Positions 62,400 through 64,000 of a stretch of DNA of 64,000 bases are shown piece after piece. The notes under the pieces are model-generated. The model was given only the letters and a program-made list of their open reading frames with translations. It made no database searches and had not been told where the DNA came from. Source of the DNA: Isurus oxyrinchus. Taxonomy: Eukaryota. The stretch is taken from the NCBI GenBank assembly GCA_026770705.1, contig JANJGN010000007.1, positions 97,030,001 through 97,094,000 of the forward strand, in the 5' to 3' direction. Every line of letters starts with the position of its first letter. Position 1 is the stretch's first letter. The translations under genes and the position numbers were made by a program.

Positions 62400-62760
62400 G
62401 CACGAAGATGAGAATTAGGAGCGGCAGTCGGCCATTTGTGCCTTGGAGCCTGCTGCACCATTGAATAAGATCAGAACTGATCTGATTGTGGCTCAACTGC
62501 ACATTCCGCCTGCCCCCTGTGACATTTAACTCCCTTCTTAATCAGTAATGTTTCTACATCTGCCTCCATCGTTGTCTGTCGAAGCGTGTTGAAACGTTTC
62601 ACGGCCTTCTGAAAGAAAGGTTTAAAAAAAATACTTCCCTCACCATTTTAAATCGCAGACCCCTTGTTTTTAAGCTGGGACCCAGAGACCCAGTTTCTTC
62701 CTCAAGGAAAAACAACCTTTCGGCATCTAACCTGTCAGACCCGTCAGGATCTTAATTCTT
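62400..62760 (-). mobile_element. CR1 LINE 3' end fragment
   Basis: aattaggagcggcagtcggccatt...gagcctgctgcaccattgaataagatc CR1 3' UTR read on the reverse strand. Confidence 0.7.
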
Positions 62761-64000
62761 CTTTCTATGAGCAGTAGCAAATAATGGTTAATATCAGGCC
62801 TCTCGGAATTCGTGCAGGCAACTGGATTTTTCTGCAACATAACCAGTGGACTGCAGATTGCGCTAATATAACTAACATTTCAATCATCTCATGATGAACA
62901 TCCCGAAAGAGAAGCATGAACATTGTAGCTGAAGTATTCTAAGGGTGAATATGCTTTCGCAGTTAAATTCAAACTACTCTGGCCTTTTTACCAGAACTGC
63001 GCTGTGGTTTCTGCAGTGCAAACCGTTGGCCTACATGTGTTCCTAACATTTCTGCTTAGCCTAAAAGCGGAGAGGATCTAAGCACAGCTGTGGCGTCAGT
63101 GCGTCAAACATTCAGTTTTTGCAACATGATGGAAAATGTTTTTAGTTTCGTAGCGAGCAAGTAGAAAGCAGGTTTTAATATACTTTTAACAACTCACATA
63201 TCAGGAGAAATGCAATTTTGTTCAAGTTCAATGTATGTTTTGGCAGCTGCTGCGGCTCAAAAGCATCATTATTAATATTTCATATTCGGAGGTAGAAGAT
63301 GGAAAAATGAAGAAGTTAGTGTGTGCTTATAGTGCCTCTAGTGTGCCTATGAATGTCACATTTTCGCTGCATTTCGATATACTGCCTGTCATATTTAAAA
63401 CATCTATATAGTTTGCACAATGTGCCGTGTGACTCTTTTTTGTATACTGTCCGGTAATATTCTTGTGGTGAGACAATCGACTCCACGTGGCAGAGTTCTT
63501 TGCATTGGCCCGTTACCGTGAAGTGTTTGATCAACTAATCCCATGTGGGGACAAGGCATTGGAATGCAGACTCAATTATTCCGCTGAAGCGTATTTTAAT
63601 TTCTGTATAACGCCCGCGATGGATGTTCTGTATAAAGCAATCAAAAATATCAGCGTTATTTTTATTCTAATTCTTTCTGCGGGGAGCGGACATAGCATGA
63701 CTGGATGCTCATAATATTGAAGTCAATTGAATCACAGTATCGAAGTCAATAGTGAATGTATTCTGATGCATTGGATTACACGCGTTAAATTCTATTTTCG
63801 GTCTCCCACTTAAGAGTTGTAATGAACTTCCGAAGTAGTTCTGCAATTTCCGTCTATCACACTCACCCCCTTCTCCACATGTCCCGGGTGCTTCTTTATT
63901 AAGATTGCATAAATGTCACAGAATCGCAGAAAAAAAAAACAATGAAGAAGAGGCGCTTCGGCTCATCGAGTCTGCACTGACAAGTGAGAAAAACCTGACG

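Noticed and set aside
1-64000. Prokaryotic systems (CRISPR arrays, operons, defence islands)
   Set aside because: The sequence is intron-containing vertebrate DNA with no regularly spaced direct repeats or dense ORF arrays. Most short ORFs in the track are repeat-derived or spurious.

Overview
This is AT-rich, repeat-dense vertebrate genomic DNA, most likely from a shark or other elasmobranch, judged from its CR1, Penelope and tRNA-derived SINE content. The main gene is a complete 7-exon immunoglobulin-superfamily receptor on the + strand (41720-53627, 374 aa predicted). Its structure is leader, one V domain with a germline-joined J-like strand, one C1 domain, an uncharged TM and a cytoplasmic tail with four tyrosine motifs arranged as in SIRP-alpha. 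The 3' half of a tandem paralog lies about 46 kb upstream (TM and tail exons at 4199-7295). Its TM-exon splice donor reads TT instead of GT, and its exon 6 has a 1-nt deletion plus a TAG. It is therefore either a pseudogene or a short-tailed, tyrosine-less decoy partner. The two copies lost different signalling motifs. The rest is layered transposon debris: many CR1 LINEs, an L2 remnant, a SINE-headed LINE carrying a nested Vingi element (11-bp TSD), a decayed Ty1/copia element, a decayed Harbinger-like transposon with nested insertions, and Penelope-like elements with minimal hammerhead-like motifs. All family assignments come from manual reading and motif recognition, not database searches.
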